Assembly: GCA_030390025.1 (NCBI GenBank)
Contig: CM059431.1
Coordinates: 115,446,001-115,510,000 of the forward strand
DNA: 64,000 nucleotides
Direction: 5' to 3'
DNA from: Squalus acanthias
Taxonomy: Eukaryota
Part shown: positions 34,571-48,652 of the stretch, piece after piece
How positions within the stretch are numbered: the first letter of the stretch is position 1
How the letters are laid out: each line of letters begins with the position of its first letter
Position numbers and translations under genes: made by a program
Notes under the pieces: generated by a model
What the model was told of the DNA's origin: nothing
Seen by the model: only the letters and a program-made list of their open reading frames with translations
Database searches by the model: none

Positions 34571-35489
34571 AGGTGAGGTGATCTGTTCTTGGAAGCCCAG
34601 CTTTATGTTTAATGGGAAATTGTGTTCCTGCTTTTATTTCATGAGCTATTCCTTATTCTCATTGTTTATCTGGAAAATTATTAATTTGGAAAGCAAAGTT
34701 TATGGAGCTGTGTTGTGCCTTTACTTCAGTAGCTAATGGATCTCGCATGGCATTGCTCATGGCTAGTCTTGGGTATGGAGCACAGTTGTGATGTTTAGCT
34801 GCTAACCCAGTCAGTAACTTAAAGACCACTGCTCTACAATAAAATGCAAGATCTGATCATTGTAGCCACGTATAAACTGGTGAAGCTAATCAAAGGGCAG
34901 TTGCAATTTCTTGTAACTTTCAGGCACCAGGCCAATATCTGGCTTTCTTTCACTTCTTTTTAAAGGCAGCAATAGACATTTATAGCCTTATGCATAACAA
35001 AGCTGAATGTAAAGTACGTTGGTTACAGATCAGAACAAGGTCATTGGAATTATCAACTGTACATGTCAATAATAATAGTTAGTGTATCCTAATTCTCTCT
35101 CCCATCTTTCTAGGCTTTTTTTTTTGTCCAGTGTACCAATTTGCGACAATCTTCATTAGTTGCTTTGTGCTGTAATTGCAGCATGTTAATAGTTCAATTT
35201 GGGTAAAATATTCAAACAATTATGTTTGACATATACAACTTACTTACTTTGGCAGTACTGATGATCTCTCATGGCATTACTCACAGTGAGACAAAAGGTT
35301 ACACTATCGCAAGAGGGCTGAGTGCTGATGTGGGGAGGGTGAAATCCTGCAGTGAAAGAATTTGAAAAAACAATTGTAAGAGATCGGTGGGAAGCAGTCG
35401 GGGGTGGGAAGAGGCTCATGTGGACCAGTTGGGCCGAACAGCCTGTTTCTGTGCTGCAAATTTTGTGTAATTTAAAAATACAACATTTA

Positions 35490-35660
35490 TTTATTCGTTC
35501 ATGGGATCTGGGCGTCGCTGGCAAGGCCAGCATTTATTGCCCATCCCTAATTGCCCTTGAGAAGGTGGTGGTGAGCCGCCTTCTTGAACCACTGCAGTCC
35601 GTGTGGTGAAGGTACTCCCACAGTGCTGTTAGGGAGGGAGTTCCAGGATTTTGACCATAT
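35490..35660 (-). mobile_element. CR1-type LINE 3' end
   Basis: attcgttcatgggatctgggcgtcgctggc...ggagttccagga; similar copies at 39360-39670 (+) and 63870-64000 (-). Confidence 0.7.
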
Positions 35661-38510
35661 AAATGATCTGAAATCCCGTTTCAGGGTCCATACTGCTGGC
35701 GCAAGTGCAGCGGAATAGAACTCCTGTGTTCCCAAGTCTGAAGCTGGAGACCTTATCCCAATGCTGGGGATGAAGCCATTTGCACAATCATGGCGATTCA
35801 GTGGTACCTACTCCGATACAGCTGCCAGAGGCAGAGTGGCCATACAGCTGCTTCATCTGAGTTGCCCCAAGGACCTCTGTGCCAATGAATAAAATGGCCG
35901 AAAAAGCCTTCATTCTCAGAGAGCCTTTGGCCTAGAAATTGGTTTGTGTCCGAATTCGGACTTAAACCTACCCGCCAAAATTGGTCCTCTTGTGTCATCA
36001 GGATGCGACCAGCATGCTGGGACATAGTGGCAACCCAAGAGCTGGTTGCGAAGAGGATGGAAGTTGGCTGGCAGCTGCATTGGCCTATGGCAAGTCTGGG
36101 AGGGGAGAGGGAGGAATTTGATGGCTGGCAGCGACCCATAGTTTCAATATGGAGAGGGGGATAGACACCCCTGCTCCTTCTGGCTCCACACTCATGTAAT
36201 TATTATTTTTAATGGCCTCTTTGGTGGCGGCCTCCAGCCGTCCCTTTAAGAACTGCTGATTTGGCTGCTTTGGGCGCAAGAAAACTGACCACAGCCTGCA
36301 CGATGTATAGATGACTCCAGGGTGCCCTAACCAACTTGACATGCAGACCTCGCCCAGCAAACACTCGTGTGTGCATGCCATATTGGACCCTTCAGCGCCT
36401 TTTTATGCGATCCAACTTCGAGGCCTTTATCTCTTCAGAGTAAGGGGTTGGGGCCTTTTAAAGGCCTCAATGGGACTCATGTTCATTCTCAGATGGCGCC
36501 AGTTCCGCTGAGGACTACAAAGAGTATAAGCCTGGGAACTCCCACAGGCACTCCTCCTTGACACAGAGGTGCAGACGGAAGAACATTTTGCCTGAAGCCG
36601 GCTCCGCCCACAAATCTGGCCACGCCCCCAGATTGAAATAATGCGGATGGTGAGTTTCCGCCGATTGCGCCGTTTGCGGCCGTTCGAGCAGGCTCTTCAA
36701 ATTAAGCTGTTTTCTCAGGTGCACAGGCACATTTCAAAAGATTCTACATATTAAAAAAAATAATAATTTACAAAGAAGCTGACTAGTGTCCACCAATGAA
36801 ACGAGTAAATGGTTCAGTATAGTGTTTTAACTCATTGTGAGTGATTTAAAATCAGGTTACTCACAGGTGGAGGGCTGGACACTCTTATTAAAAATGCTTA
36901 TTGTTTGTGATAAACCCATTTTCAGCTGTATTAATAAAACTGCACTTGGTTACCACTCTTAAATACATCAAGGAATATTTTTTTTTAAATAAACAATTAC
37001 GTTCTGTTACACTGACCGATTGTGCTGGTTCATGGCAGATTTTACATTGCTGATTATGCTAATACTTTTTCGCAGAAACCTAAACTGTAACCTACCCAGT
37101 GCGATTTCAAGCGCAATTTGCGCCCAATTTCCCGATGACACCCAAAGCGGAAGCTTACCCCCTTAGTGTTTAGCGTTAGCCTTGCTTTCACCCAAGTTAG
37201 CTCATTTGCAATTTGCATTTAATTTCTGTATTATTTATATTTTACATTTAATTTCCGCTCATTAAACTTCACTTATAATCACAGTATCTTGCCGCCAGTG
37301 TTCACTATTTCAATATGTTAGGCATTTTTTTTGCATTTACCTCATCACTAAGGGGGACCTATTTGACATGCAGGGGACTTCTTTCATCAAGAAATCATAG
37401 CATATCGTAGCAACAAAGAAAATACTGAATATATAGCACAGAGGATGCATAGCAACAGCAGGGGAATGTTCAGGATGAAATAGCCAACAGATATCCAATT
37501 CATCCATTGCCTTTACCACCTGTACGCATTGAGAAAAATAGACTGATCATTCTTTGTGTACAGAACAATATAGACCTGCCTCTGGGCTGTTTTACATTAT
37601 TGGGTATTTCTTGCTGATGAAGCAATCGGTTTCATGTCCTTCTTTGGTCAAACAAATGAGTGCCTAAAAATTCCAGTGGATTCCAAATATATGACTTTAT
37701 GTTTATTTGCCAAGACACAGCAGGCTCTATTCATTGCAAATCCTTATTGATTCATAAATTATTTTCCAACAGAAATAAACATTAGATAATGGAAAATAAC
37801 TTGAGTCACTAAATCACTCAGATGTTGTTTCTCTTGCACAAATTAATTATTGATCACAACTTAAACCAAGTTACAAAACTGAATCCATTTATGGAGAGCA
37901 TGCAGTAACAGCTAAACAAACGTTAAAGAATCCAGTCAGAAGATAGAGGCCCAGAAATTGGATCGCGCAGCACCTGTTTTTCAGGCGAAAATGAGCGCTG
38001 ACGGGTCCAATATCCCGTGTGGTGTACATGCGCTCGTTCTGCACTGGGTATCACCACACGCCATATTGGTTAGAGCCCCCTGTAGCCATCCAGGGCGCAG
38101 CACCTGAAACAGGTGTTAGGCCCATTGCCTATGCAAATCGGGGAGGAGGGGGGGAGGGGGGCTAACACCTGTTTCAGGCCCCTTCCCGAAATTGGTTGGT
38201 GACTGAGCGCAGTATGCACCATGCCAGTTTGCAGTCGGTTTTCTCAGGCACAGAGCAGACAAAACGATCCTTAAAGGGACCACTGGAGGCTGCCACCAAA
38301 AAGGTAAGTAAAAAAAGGAGTGAGTGCTCCTTCTGGCTCTAGATTAAAACTGCGGGTTGCTGCCGGCCACCTCTCACACCCCTCCTGATCTCTGCCCTTC
38401 CCTCCTGGAGTCACGGATGCTCGGTGCAAGGCATTCCTGCTTGCCAATTTTCATCTTCAACGCGTCCTGTGCACTGCGTCTTGGGCCACGACCGGCATCC
38501 CCATTATATC

Positions 38511-39236
38511 GGCCCGTATTTTCTGATCCCTACGGGTGTGTACGAGCTGTGTACCCACCCGTAGGGACATCGGAAATGCCGGTTTCAGGTATGCAAAGCG
38601 CATGCGCTGAAAACCGGCATTTCTGATCTGTCAAGAATCCTCTTGACAGATCGGATGCCTGCCCTGGAGAAGGGCCTCTGCGGGGGGAGAGTTCCGCTTT
38701 CTGGAGACCCTCCGCCTGCTGAAATCACTTAAAAATCTTACGCCTGGTAAAAGCAGGCGTAAGGCCTGCTTTTACCAGCATAAGAGTTTAAAAAAGTAAA
38801 ACAATATTTTTTTTCACTCATTTATAATTTAAAAATACTTTTAAAAAAGGTAAGTTTATTTTTAGCCCCGTAAAAAACTTTAATTACTTTTTTCAAAAAA
38901 TAAAATTTTTGTTTAAAATATTTAATTTAATGTAATTTTAACTCATTTTAAAAACGTCATGGTTTTTAAAAAATTTATTTAATGTTTTGATGTGTTTTTG
39001 GGGTAATCTCCATTCATACTTTTGACAGGTCTATCTGTCAAATGTATGAAGGGGGATTCCCTTCTCCCATTGGCTCGCCTGGCCCATGTGATCCCAGGGA
39101 CACTTGCGAACCGCCTGCGCCCCTGGGATACGTGGGCCCTGCGCATTTCGACTGTGGAGAGGACCAGGAGCAGAAGTGTCCGGACCTCGAGAGTCCTCAG
39201 GTAAGAGCGTAGATTTTTTATCGGAAATTACGGGCC
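38511..39236. mobile_element. Harbinger-type MITE
   Basis: 17-bp TIRs GGCCCGTATTTTCTGAT and ATCGGAAATTACGGGCC; flanks ATC/ATT; internal palindromes at 38570-38655. A further MITE left end starts at 37948. Confidence 0.75.
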
Positions 39237-42200
39237 ATTGTTATACTGCCACGCTAGTCTTGCCGACCTCTGGTATACAGGTCTTTAACAGCTGGCAGCA
39301 ACTCTAAAGTAAGCTGGCTGGATTCGCTAAGATCTGCCACCATCATTGGGGCACTGTACCTGCAGACTACAGGATACACTACAACAGCTGAGCATCTCCC
39401 TCCCCTGTGACCTCTCTCAGGTCAAGAGCAGCAATGTTGTGGGTACACCATCGCCTCCAAGTTGTTCTCCAAGTTGCACACCATCCTGACTGGGCCATTG
39501 TGCCTGAGTGAGTATCCTGGAATTCTCTACCTATCAACATTGCGGGAGCATCATCACCACAAGGACGGAAGTGATTCAAGGAGAAGGCCCATCACCTTCT
39601 CAGGTTGACTAGGGATGGGCAATAAATGTAATCTTACCAGCCTCGCTCACATCCTGAGAACAAATAAAATAAGGGGGGGGGGGGAAATGGGTCGTTCTGG
39701 CCACCAGGGCTTAGCGCACTTTGGAGTTGACACTGTCTGCGTGAGACTGCACATCGGGAGCTGACGGCACAGCATATAAAAGCTGCTTAACACCACTGCT
39801 TTTTGTCATCTCGACTTTTGAGTTGATCTGACAGTTATAGAACCAAGCCAATTATTTACATAATGCCCCCTCATAATGTGTGTGGAAGTCTGTAAAGATT
39901 CTATATTCAGTAGATCAAAGAAAGTCCCCTGTTTATAATGAATCATAGTAGAAAGCCGGGATCATTATCAGAGATGAGCGAGGCTTCGTAAATGCTTTAA
40001 TTTACGATCAGTCTCGGGGCTAGGGAAGATGCATGGCACAAGGAAATTAAAGGGAAGGAACAACGGCGGAGAACTAAAATAAATTACCCCAAATTTGTCT
40101 GCTAGTAAAATACTAAACCATGTTGACCAGAGGTTCAATTCCCAGCATGTGCTGAGTTAGCTAATCTTAGAAGGAACAGCATCTGAGATGTTCCATTGGA
40201 CTTGAGCGGGGGGGTGGGTGGTGGGCAGGAACAGCTAGAGTTCTTGCTTTTGATTGATTTCCAATGTCTTCTGCTGGAAAGTACATGTATGGAAGCCAGG
40301 TTAGGCCCAGTTGGGCTTTGCTGTGCTGGCCTCTATGTTTGAATGGCCTGTGGACTCTTAAATCAGGTAGATGAGCTAAATGTGGATGAGCATCTCTGGA
40401 GTAGTGACCACAATATGCTAAGGTTTACGATCCAACTAGTAAGGGGGTAAAATGTAAAAAAAACTAGAACACCAAAACTGGATCAGGACAGATTTTAGAA
40501 AGGTGAGGAGAGAGCTTGCTGTGGTAAAGTGGAAGGAGAAATTGGCACACAGGACTGTCGAGCAAAAATGGGATGTATTTAAGAGATTGCAAAGGTACGG
40601 AATAAGTATATTTCATGAAAAAAAAATTAAAGCCCGGATTTTAATGCCCGACAGGAGACATGTGGGCAAGGACTGAGGGAGGCGGAAAACTGTCCAGCCC
40701 TCCACAACGCGAGCCGGGGGAGATTTTAACTCCTGGTCCTGATCTACATGGGTCTCAGCAGTCTCTGCCAGAACCCAGCAGGAAACGCTAGCAGGCCGGC
40801 AGGTGGGAGTGGGATTTTAGGTAGCGGAAGGCTGCCACCAGCTAAGTGCTTTTGAGGGGGCTTTGCAAGGGCATCGCGATCGGGGGAAGTACAGAGACGC
40901 TTGGAGCAGGGGAGGCCCGATGTTTCCAGGTTTATGAATTAATAAATGGATTTAGCAGCGATCTATGATTTAGGAAACAAGTTTCCAGATTGATTTAACA
41001 GTTAAATTCTGGTACTAATACTCCATACTAATATGTAGGAGCACATGTATATGATATATACAGTGGCATGAAGAATTATGGGATAGTTTAACTCGTTGAA
41101 TCATCCTTCATTAAAAGAGTTGAAACTGGGGTAGGTCTGTTTGCTTATCTTGTTGGGTCTCTTTAACTTGTTATTGATGTCACTATCTGTTTAGAATTCC
41201 TAGTTTCTGAGATGCTGTTATTCCTACAGCTTGGATTGAGGAGTACATGCTCTGTTTGGGACTTGAATTTTCACCTGCACTACCTGGGCCATAACTTGGC
41301 TCATTGTAGAACCCGCCCAATCGATGGGATGAAAATTGAGCGGGTTCTGCAATGGGTGGGCAATCCGCTCTGCCAGGCGGTGAAGGTGCTTATTACCCCC
41401 AGTGTCTTGCTACGCCGCCTAATTTGTTTTTAAAATTTGAAGACCAAAAAGTTACAACAAAATGAGAGTATCGCTCACAATAGGAGACAGGAACTAAAAC
41501 TGCAGAATTATTTGATGCCATGTTAGCAACTTGTGAGGAAAGACAACAGTGCACGGCAGTTACAATTTTTTATCATCTTGTAATTGTAACATTCCATTAT
41601 ATGTGAACAATTATGGAGAAGGAGTACTTAGTTTGAATGTGTCATTGTCATGATTCAAGATTGTTTGGTCATTTTTCTCACAGAATAGATTTTAAAAAAG
41701 AGTTACTTTTAATTTTTTTAAGCAACGTATATTCACACAAGTTTAAAATAATAGCACATAGATGAAAAGTGGTTAATATTCTAAATGGAAGCTGTTTTCC
41801 CTATAGAGTAAACAATAAGCAATTTGTTAGCTTGTCTAAGTAATTGAAAAACACCTCACACCCATTATAGTACAAAGTAGTTCTTTTCTGTCTGTGATCA
41901 GATAAAAGATGAAAAGAAAGAGATGCAGAGGTTTTTGAGGAGCAAACAACAGAGTTGTGAAAGCTTTAGGCAGGCTCAGAAAGTCTTTATGTCAACTAAG
42001 AAAATCCACGGATGTGGGGGAAACATGGCGTTATTTATTTTTTATCATTCCATAAAGATAAGTTGCAACAACTGAACTAAGCAAATCTAGTCACAACTGT
42101 TGCTTTGCATGTTCACCTTACTGTGAAAAAAATCAGCTTAAAGGTTTGTCTCAAGCCCTGCCTCACCACTTGTTGCCTTGGTCCACCTTCTGAGAAATTG

Positions 42201-42305
42201 AAGAAGTACACATGCGAAAGACATGGATATCTGATGCAGGCCACATGGGTTATTATTATAACCCCAGGTCACACTATCATACAAGTAGATATAGGGCAGT
42301 GAAAT

Positions 42306-42771
42306 GTCAGCTGTGCCTCAGTTGGTAGCACTCGTGTCTCTGAGTCAGAAGGTTGTTGGTTCAAGTCCCACTCCAGAGACTTGAGCACAAAAGTCTAGGC
42401 TGACACTCCAGTGCAGTACTGAGGGAGTGCTGCACTGGCGGAGGTGCCGTCTTTTGGATGAGATGTTAAACTGAGGCCCTGTCTGCTCTCTCAGCTGGAT
42501 GTAAAAGATCCCATGGCACTATTTCGAAGAAGAGCAGGGGAGTTATCCCCGGTGTCCTGGCCAATATTTATCCCTCAATCAACATAACAAAATAACAGAT
42601 TATCTGGTCATTATCACATTGCTGATTGTGGGAGCTTGCTGTGTGCAAATTGGTTGCTGCGTTTCCTACATTATAACAGTGACTTCAAAAGTACTTAATT
42701 GGCTGTAAAGTGCTCGGGACGTCTTGAGGTTGTGAAAGGTGCTATATAAATGCAAGTCTTTCCTTTTCTTT
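42306..42771 (+). mobile_element. Full-length tRNA-headed SacSINE/DeuSINE-like SINE
   Basis: A box tgcctcagttgg, B box ggttcaagtcc, conserved central domain, and L2-type tail gctatataaatgcaagtcttt. Confidence 0.85.
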
Positions 42772-44269
42772 CAGTGGGAGTCAACTCCCATAAAAAAAGA
42801 TTATTAAACCACTTACAGGAAACAATGATGCCACGGAACCTGAGAAGGTCTTCATGGCAGACTCAAATTTGTAACAGTCATCCTCAGTATGTTTAATTAG
42901 CTTCTGTGGATATAGACAGACTAACCTGTTCAGTGCTAAAGGTCCTTTGATTTACTGTCACACAGCGCTCATCAATAGGAGTTTCGAATAACATGGTAAA
43001 TCTTAAAAAGTAGAATTATGGCATGTATGAAACAAGAGAATATTTCTTAGTTCACAATATTCTTTGAAGGGACAAGAAATTGGACATTTTTGTTATAGGT
43101 TTGATCCTGAGCTGATGCTGCAGTTTTCAAAGAGTTAATATAATTTGTCTTTGGGAATTTTTCTTCTTATCTCACAGTAAGTCACCAGTACAGTGGAAAA
43201 CTGTTAAGTGCATCAATTGCACTGCCAAGTTTCTATCAGAATGAATTCCATATGGCCTGCACTCCACAATGCACTTGGCAGTGTTACCTTCCCTCATACC
43301 AGTATCAAACTGGTATAAATAATCACCCCTCTTTGGCTATGGTTTTTATTATGGAGTAATACCAGTATAGTACAAAACGTGGGATTGATCCAAATTTAAA
43401 ATGAGCTTTTGATGTTCTATGTGTCTTGTAAACCTGAAAAGGACACCGGAGCAGTGATTGGAATCACTATATTGGTTTCCATGCACTTTCCTGGTTGAAT
43501 TTGATTTCCAAAGTCTGTGTGTGTAGTACCATGAGCAGTGCACACCTCAAGCTGGTATCAGAATGAGTATACTGAGATCATTCCGAGTGTCAGTGTATAC
43601 AGTTACTCAAGCAGACTACAACAAAGTTTCAAACGCTATTAATCATGTATTAGGAATTCAATATCATCTGTTCAACTGTATGGAGCCAAGATAACATGAC
43701 AATAAAAATCCAGATGCAATGACATCACACTGAACATAACCTTGTCACCTACTGCACGTACATGCCTACCTGTAGCACTGCATGCTTCAGTTGAAACAGG
43801 CTGGCCTATTCCAACAGTGGTACAAATCCTACAGCCATCTTTAAGACAATGCACGACTTGTAGTGTTTAAGATAGAACACGACTGAGCTTTTCTGACTCC
43901 AGTGCACCAGAAGAAGTTTATTAGCTAACATATCCATACTAAGTCAGTCAGCAAATGTACCGTAAACCTTCCATACGGCACCACCGTGTCATTTCCCTAC
44001 TATGGCAGCACTGATTTCACTTGTTAATTAGGTGTCAATTAGCATTGAATTATAGACTAATACCAGCTGGGAGCTGGATTCAGACTGTCCTATCTCTTTT
44101 CACAAAAGGTACTTATATGCATTTCTTTGGTGTCTGACATGCACAGCAACAATCGTGTTTAAGGTCTCTGAACTAAGTTAATAAGGAATCTACACTTTCT
44201 GTCCTCATCACCCTTAGAATCATCCAGAGTTGGCAGGTTGGCAGACCTAAGGTTTAGGGATACCCAATA

Positions 44270-45730
44270 TCAACAATGACAACTTGCATTTATATAGCTC
44301 CTTTAATGTAGTAAAAACATTCCAAGGCGCTTCACAGGTGTGTTATCAAACAAAATTTGACACCGAGCCACACAAGGATATATTAGGACAGGAGACCAAA
44401 AGCTTGGCCAAAGAGGTAGATTACAGAGATAGGGAGGGGCGAAGACATGGAGGGATTTGAAAACAAGGATGAGAATTTTAAAATTGAGGTGTTGCCAGAC
44501 TGCGAGCCGACGTAGGTCAGCGAGCAAGTTTTTGATGATCTCAAGTTTACAGAGGGTGCAAGGTGGGAGGCTGGCCAGGAGAGCAGTGGAGTAGTCGAGT
44601 CTAGAGGTAACAAAGACATGGATGAGCGTTTCAGCAGTAGATAAGCTGAGGCATAGGCGGAGACGGGCGATGTTACAGAGGTGGAAGTAGGCAGTCTAGG
44701 CGATGGAGAGGATAATGGGTCAGAAGCTCAGATTCAAGTAGAGCACCAAGGTTGTGAACGGTCTGGTTCTGCCTCAGAATGTGGCCAGCTAGAGGGATGG
44801 AATCGGTGGCTACAGAACAAAGTTTGTGGCAGGAACAGAAAACAATGACCCGGAATTTGCGGTTACTGGTGAAGCGATGACGCTCGCCACTGACCTCGAA
44901 GAAAGCTGCCCACAAAGATCTTGCGATCTCTATGGCGTGAATTTCACCTCTTCCGACATTAGTTTGAATCTGGTGCCAAATCAAGCGACTCTCCAGCGTC
45001 CAGCAACAGTGATGTCATCAAGCAGGCTAAGCAGCCAATCACATTGAAGAATTATCACAGACAGCAAACCAAGAAGTAAAATGCACAGATTATAATTTAC
45101 TTTTTATAAATTTTACTGAGAGTGAAATAAAGATTGCAACATTCATATAGGATTAAGGTAGAAACTGAAATATCATAAACAAACTTAAAAAAAAAATCTT
45201 ATTACATTAAAAGCCATGTAATCCTTATATTAATGAAAAAAATTGACATTCCACAAATATAAAATTAGTTTTTCAGGGCCAGGTTGTTCAGCAGTCAATA
45301 CACCGTTAAAAACCCAGTTACGCCTCTTTCAACGAGGCTTAACTTTTTCGGGGTTTTTTAGCAGTGATATTCCAGCGTAATTGGGGAAGATTTTGTCAGG
45401 AACTACAGTTCAGTGTGATTTGAATTGATTGTGGGCTCCGGGAAGATTTCACAATGCAACCTATGGAGAAGCGTAGAATCACTGACAGCAACTTCTAGAT
45501 TTCCACGTTTATCTGCGCATGCGCTGACTCCAGAAGTTGCTGTCACTTTTAGAGGAGTAATGATGGCGAACGCTGACAGTTTCGTCGTCATTACCACCGC
45601 AAAATCTGGGCCAATGGCTTCGGTCCTCCCAATATGTAATTGGAGGAAATTTCTACTCATCAAATACTGGATGTTGGACAAGCAGCGTGACAAATAAGAG
45701 GCAGTGGAGGGGTCGAGAGAGGTGGTGGTG
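44270..45730 (-). mobile_element. L2 LINE 3' fragment interrupted by a MITE
   Basis: L2 tail caacttgcatttatatagc; colinear with 57702-58465; resumes after 45615. Confidence 0.75.
44847..45612. mobile_element. Harbinger-type MITE
   Basis: TIRs GACCCGGAATTTGCGG and CCGCAAAATCTGGGCC; perfect TSD AAT. Confidence 0.82.
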
Positions 45731-45817
45731 ATAAATAAATTATCAGTGATTATTATTTAAATCGATTTAAATAAATTGGTTTAATCAAAATAAGAAAACA
45801 AGGTTACAGTCATCCGT

Positions 45818-46130
45818 TTATATCAGTGTATGGATGACTGAATGATATGGAAAAATGTCATCAGTGGTGGCTTGAAATGAGTCAGTGGCATAAAAGTCCA
45901 ATGCAGTGGTGACTTTCGCCACAACAGACAGGAATGTCGCTATGCTGGATGTTGTCTGATGGTCAGATTCCAGTATACAGCATAACTCGGGACTGGCTCC
46001 CTGCCGAATCATAGATGGCAAAGGTAGGTCTCTTCAACCACGCCAAAGTAGTTGTGCCTGTGTCATATCACGTCAATTCTGGGTCACATGCGGGTTAGTA
46101 GCAGGCACCTGAGGTGATAGTGCCTCCTTC
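45818..46130 (-). pseudogene. Old Harbinger transposase N-terminal remnant
   Basis: ELCCILESD...LSVVAKVTTALDFYATDSFQ aligns with ELCHLLQPD...LSVAVKVTVALNFYATGSFQ. Confidence 0.7.
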
Positions 46131-46817
46131 AGCAAGAATCCCCTTTCCTTTTCCAAATCCACCACAGCAGAAGTTTTTAATAACACTACGTATCATTGCA
46201 GAGATATTTGGTAAACAGGGAAGATGCAAATTAGTTCAATCCTTTTAACCTCCATATGTCGTGGCCTGAATTATAAAGTGTCCATTTGATAACCAAGGCC
46301 CCCTTAACATGCATATATAAGTGGAGTGGGTAGAGAAAACACTAGGCCCTGAAAATTCACAGGATAGACCTCCATCGCTAGCCCTGCCAAAGCTCATAGG
46401 GTCAGTAAAGTCTAGCGATTTAAATTCCTTCAGTGGGCTAGGAATATATCTGGAGCCGCCTCCACCCCACACCTCCCACACCCAATAAACTTTCAGTGAG
46501 AGTCTGCTGGAATGGTCCCGGACTTTTGGGACCCATTTATTTTTCAGGAACTAATCAAAAAACACTTACTTCATTGCCTCTGAGTGGATATTTTGCAAAC
46601 ATCTTTTTAGTTCCTTCAGTGTACATGTGCAGCCCTTCCCTACTCCCTTACCCCAGCCCTTCCTTAACAAAAATCTATCGATCTCTGTCTTGAAAGCTCG
46701 AATTGTCCTATCATCCACAGCAACACCTTGGTAGATCTGTTAATACAGTAAATAAGCTGCAACAACACTATTAAATGTAAGAACGTCTGTTACAGTTTGG
46801 AGTATAATAGTAAGAAA

Positions 46818-47200
46818 TAGAAAGAAAAGAAAGAATTTGCATTTATGTAGCATCTTTCACGACCTCAGAACATCCCAAAGCGCATTACAACCAGTGAAGT
46901 ACATTTGAAGTGTAGTCACTGTTGTAATGTAGGAAACGCGGCAACCAATTTGCACACAGCAAGGTCCCAGAAACAGCAATGTGATCATGACCAGATAATC
47001 TGTTTTAGTGATGTTGGTTGAGGGATAAATATTGGCCAGAACACTGGGAGAACTCCCCTACTGTTCTCCAATAGTGCCATGGTATCTTTTACATCCACCT
47101 GAGAGGGCAGACGAGACCTCAGTATAATGTCTCACCTGAAAGACTGCACCTCAACAGTGCAACACTCCCTCAGTACTGTATTGAAGTGTCAGCCTAGATT
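46818..47200 (-). mobile_element. SacSINE/DeuSINE-like SINE
   Basis: Reverse-complement match to 42398-42771. Confidence 0.8.
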
Positions 47201-48652
47201 ATAGAAAAAGTATAATTAAAAGCATGCAAAATTAAAAGGTGCAGTGCAATACAACACACTGTGCCATGGCAGTGACGAATGCACCATACCCATGCCATTG
47301 AGTGGTGCTGCTGTCGAGTGATGTCAAACATGGTAAGCAGTTTCACTCAGGATGCAGGAAGAGTTCTGCATCATTGTTGCATACGTATTAGTGGCCAGCT
47401 CAGTGTGACATCAATGGAACCCTAGAGCAGATTCTCACCTAAACCTCTGCTGAATTGATGCTACAAATTCAATGATTTGCAATGATGCTAGACCTGCGTA
47501 ATCTAAATATGGAGTTAAGGCCTGACCTGGCTCCTGAGCGAAGTGGATTGAGCCTCCCTCTTTCAAGGAAGGATTCAGGATGCATTTGCACTAAAATAGT
47601 TGCAGTGTGAATGTTGTTTCGAGGTTGCAGAGATGAGGAGGAATGGAGGGATTTACACAAAAAGCAAAACAAAATTCTGCAACAAAAGGGTAAATCTTGT
47701 GAGGTCTCGGGTTGCTGGTAGGACCTCGATGCATCCAGCGCACCCTGTAAAATTACAGGTGGCTGTCCACATTTTTTTTGGCCCTTGATTTCTGTGAATG
47801 GAAAACAATGGACAGTACACCCACAACGTTTTTGTGCCTTGATTTCTGTGGATGGAAAACAATAACCCATGGTTTTCCAATGTGCACTGACTGCATGAAA
47901 ATCCGATCTGGTGGTGCAGGCCTCAGTAGAAAGTTCATGCCAGTATTTAACTGTAAACTGCCAGTAACTGAGCAGAGCAGTCAACTGCATGATTATCCCT
48001 TGCAGTTGCAGTCTCTAATATTTACTGAATTGTAAAAGTAAATTGTTTAAAAGTATTCACTAACGTTTAACATTGCCAAAAGTTACATCTTTTTGGTTTC
48101 CTTGCAATTTGTAAAAGGACTCGAGCAGTTATTAGCAACGAGATATTAAAGATTAAAAAAAATAACAATTTGGGAGAGAAAGACTCGTGGAACTAAATTC
48201 TTAATCGAGTTATATATGTCATTTGACAGTTTTGACAGATTGCATTCATAACTTATGTTTGCAAATGTACAAATAATTTTTTTCCATTAGTAAATATAAA
48301 AAGTTGTTCTCCTTCCAATAAAATGCAGCCAAATATGAGTCATCAAGGATTGGCAGAGAAGGATTGGAGGCTCACAGAACTGGGGTGTTGACAGCACTTG
48401 TTGGATGAGATGTAAACAAAGATACACATTACTGCTTTTATAATTTATAATTTTTTTTTAGAAATTGCAAGACAACCAATGAGCAGAACCATATGTGATT
48501 TTTGACAAAATGGCAAAACATAGTGAATACTTTTGAATGCTACAATTTTAAAATCTAATGACTATGAGATACTACCAACTTCAGTAGGAATTGATTGCAT
48601 TTGGGTTTGTAGAAATTCATCTGTTGAGTGCCACTCCGTAGCACTATGAAAT

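Noticed and set aside
42306..42380. tRNA gene
   Set aside because: A/B boxes are the head of a multi-copy SINE; no complete cloverleaf.
47766..47865. Imperfect ~54-bp tandem duplication within a 173-aa ORF
   Set aside because: Ordinary local duplication with no recognisable protein.
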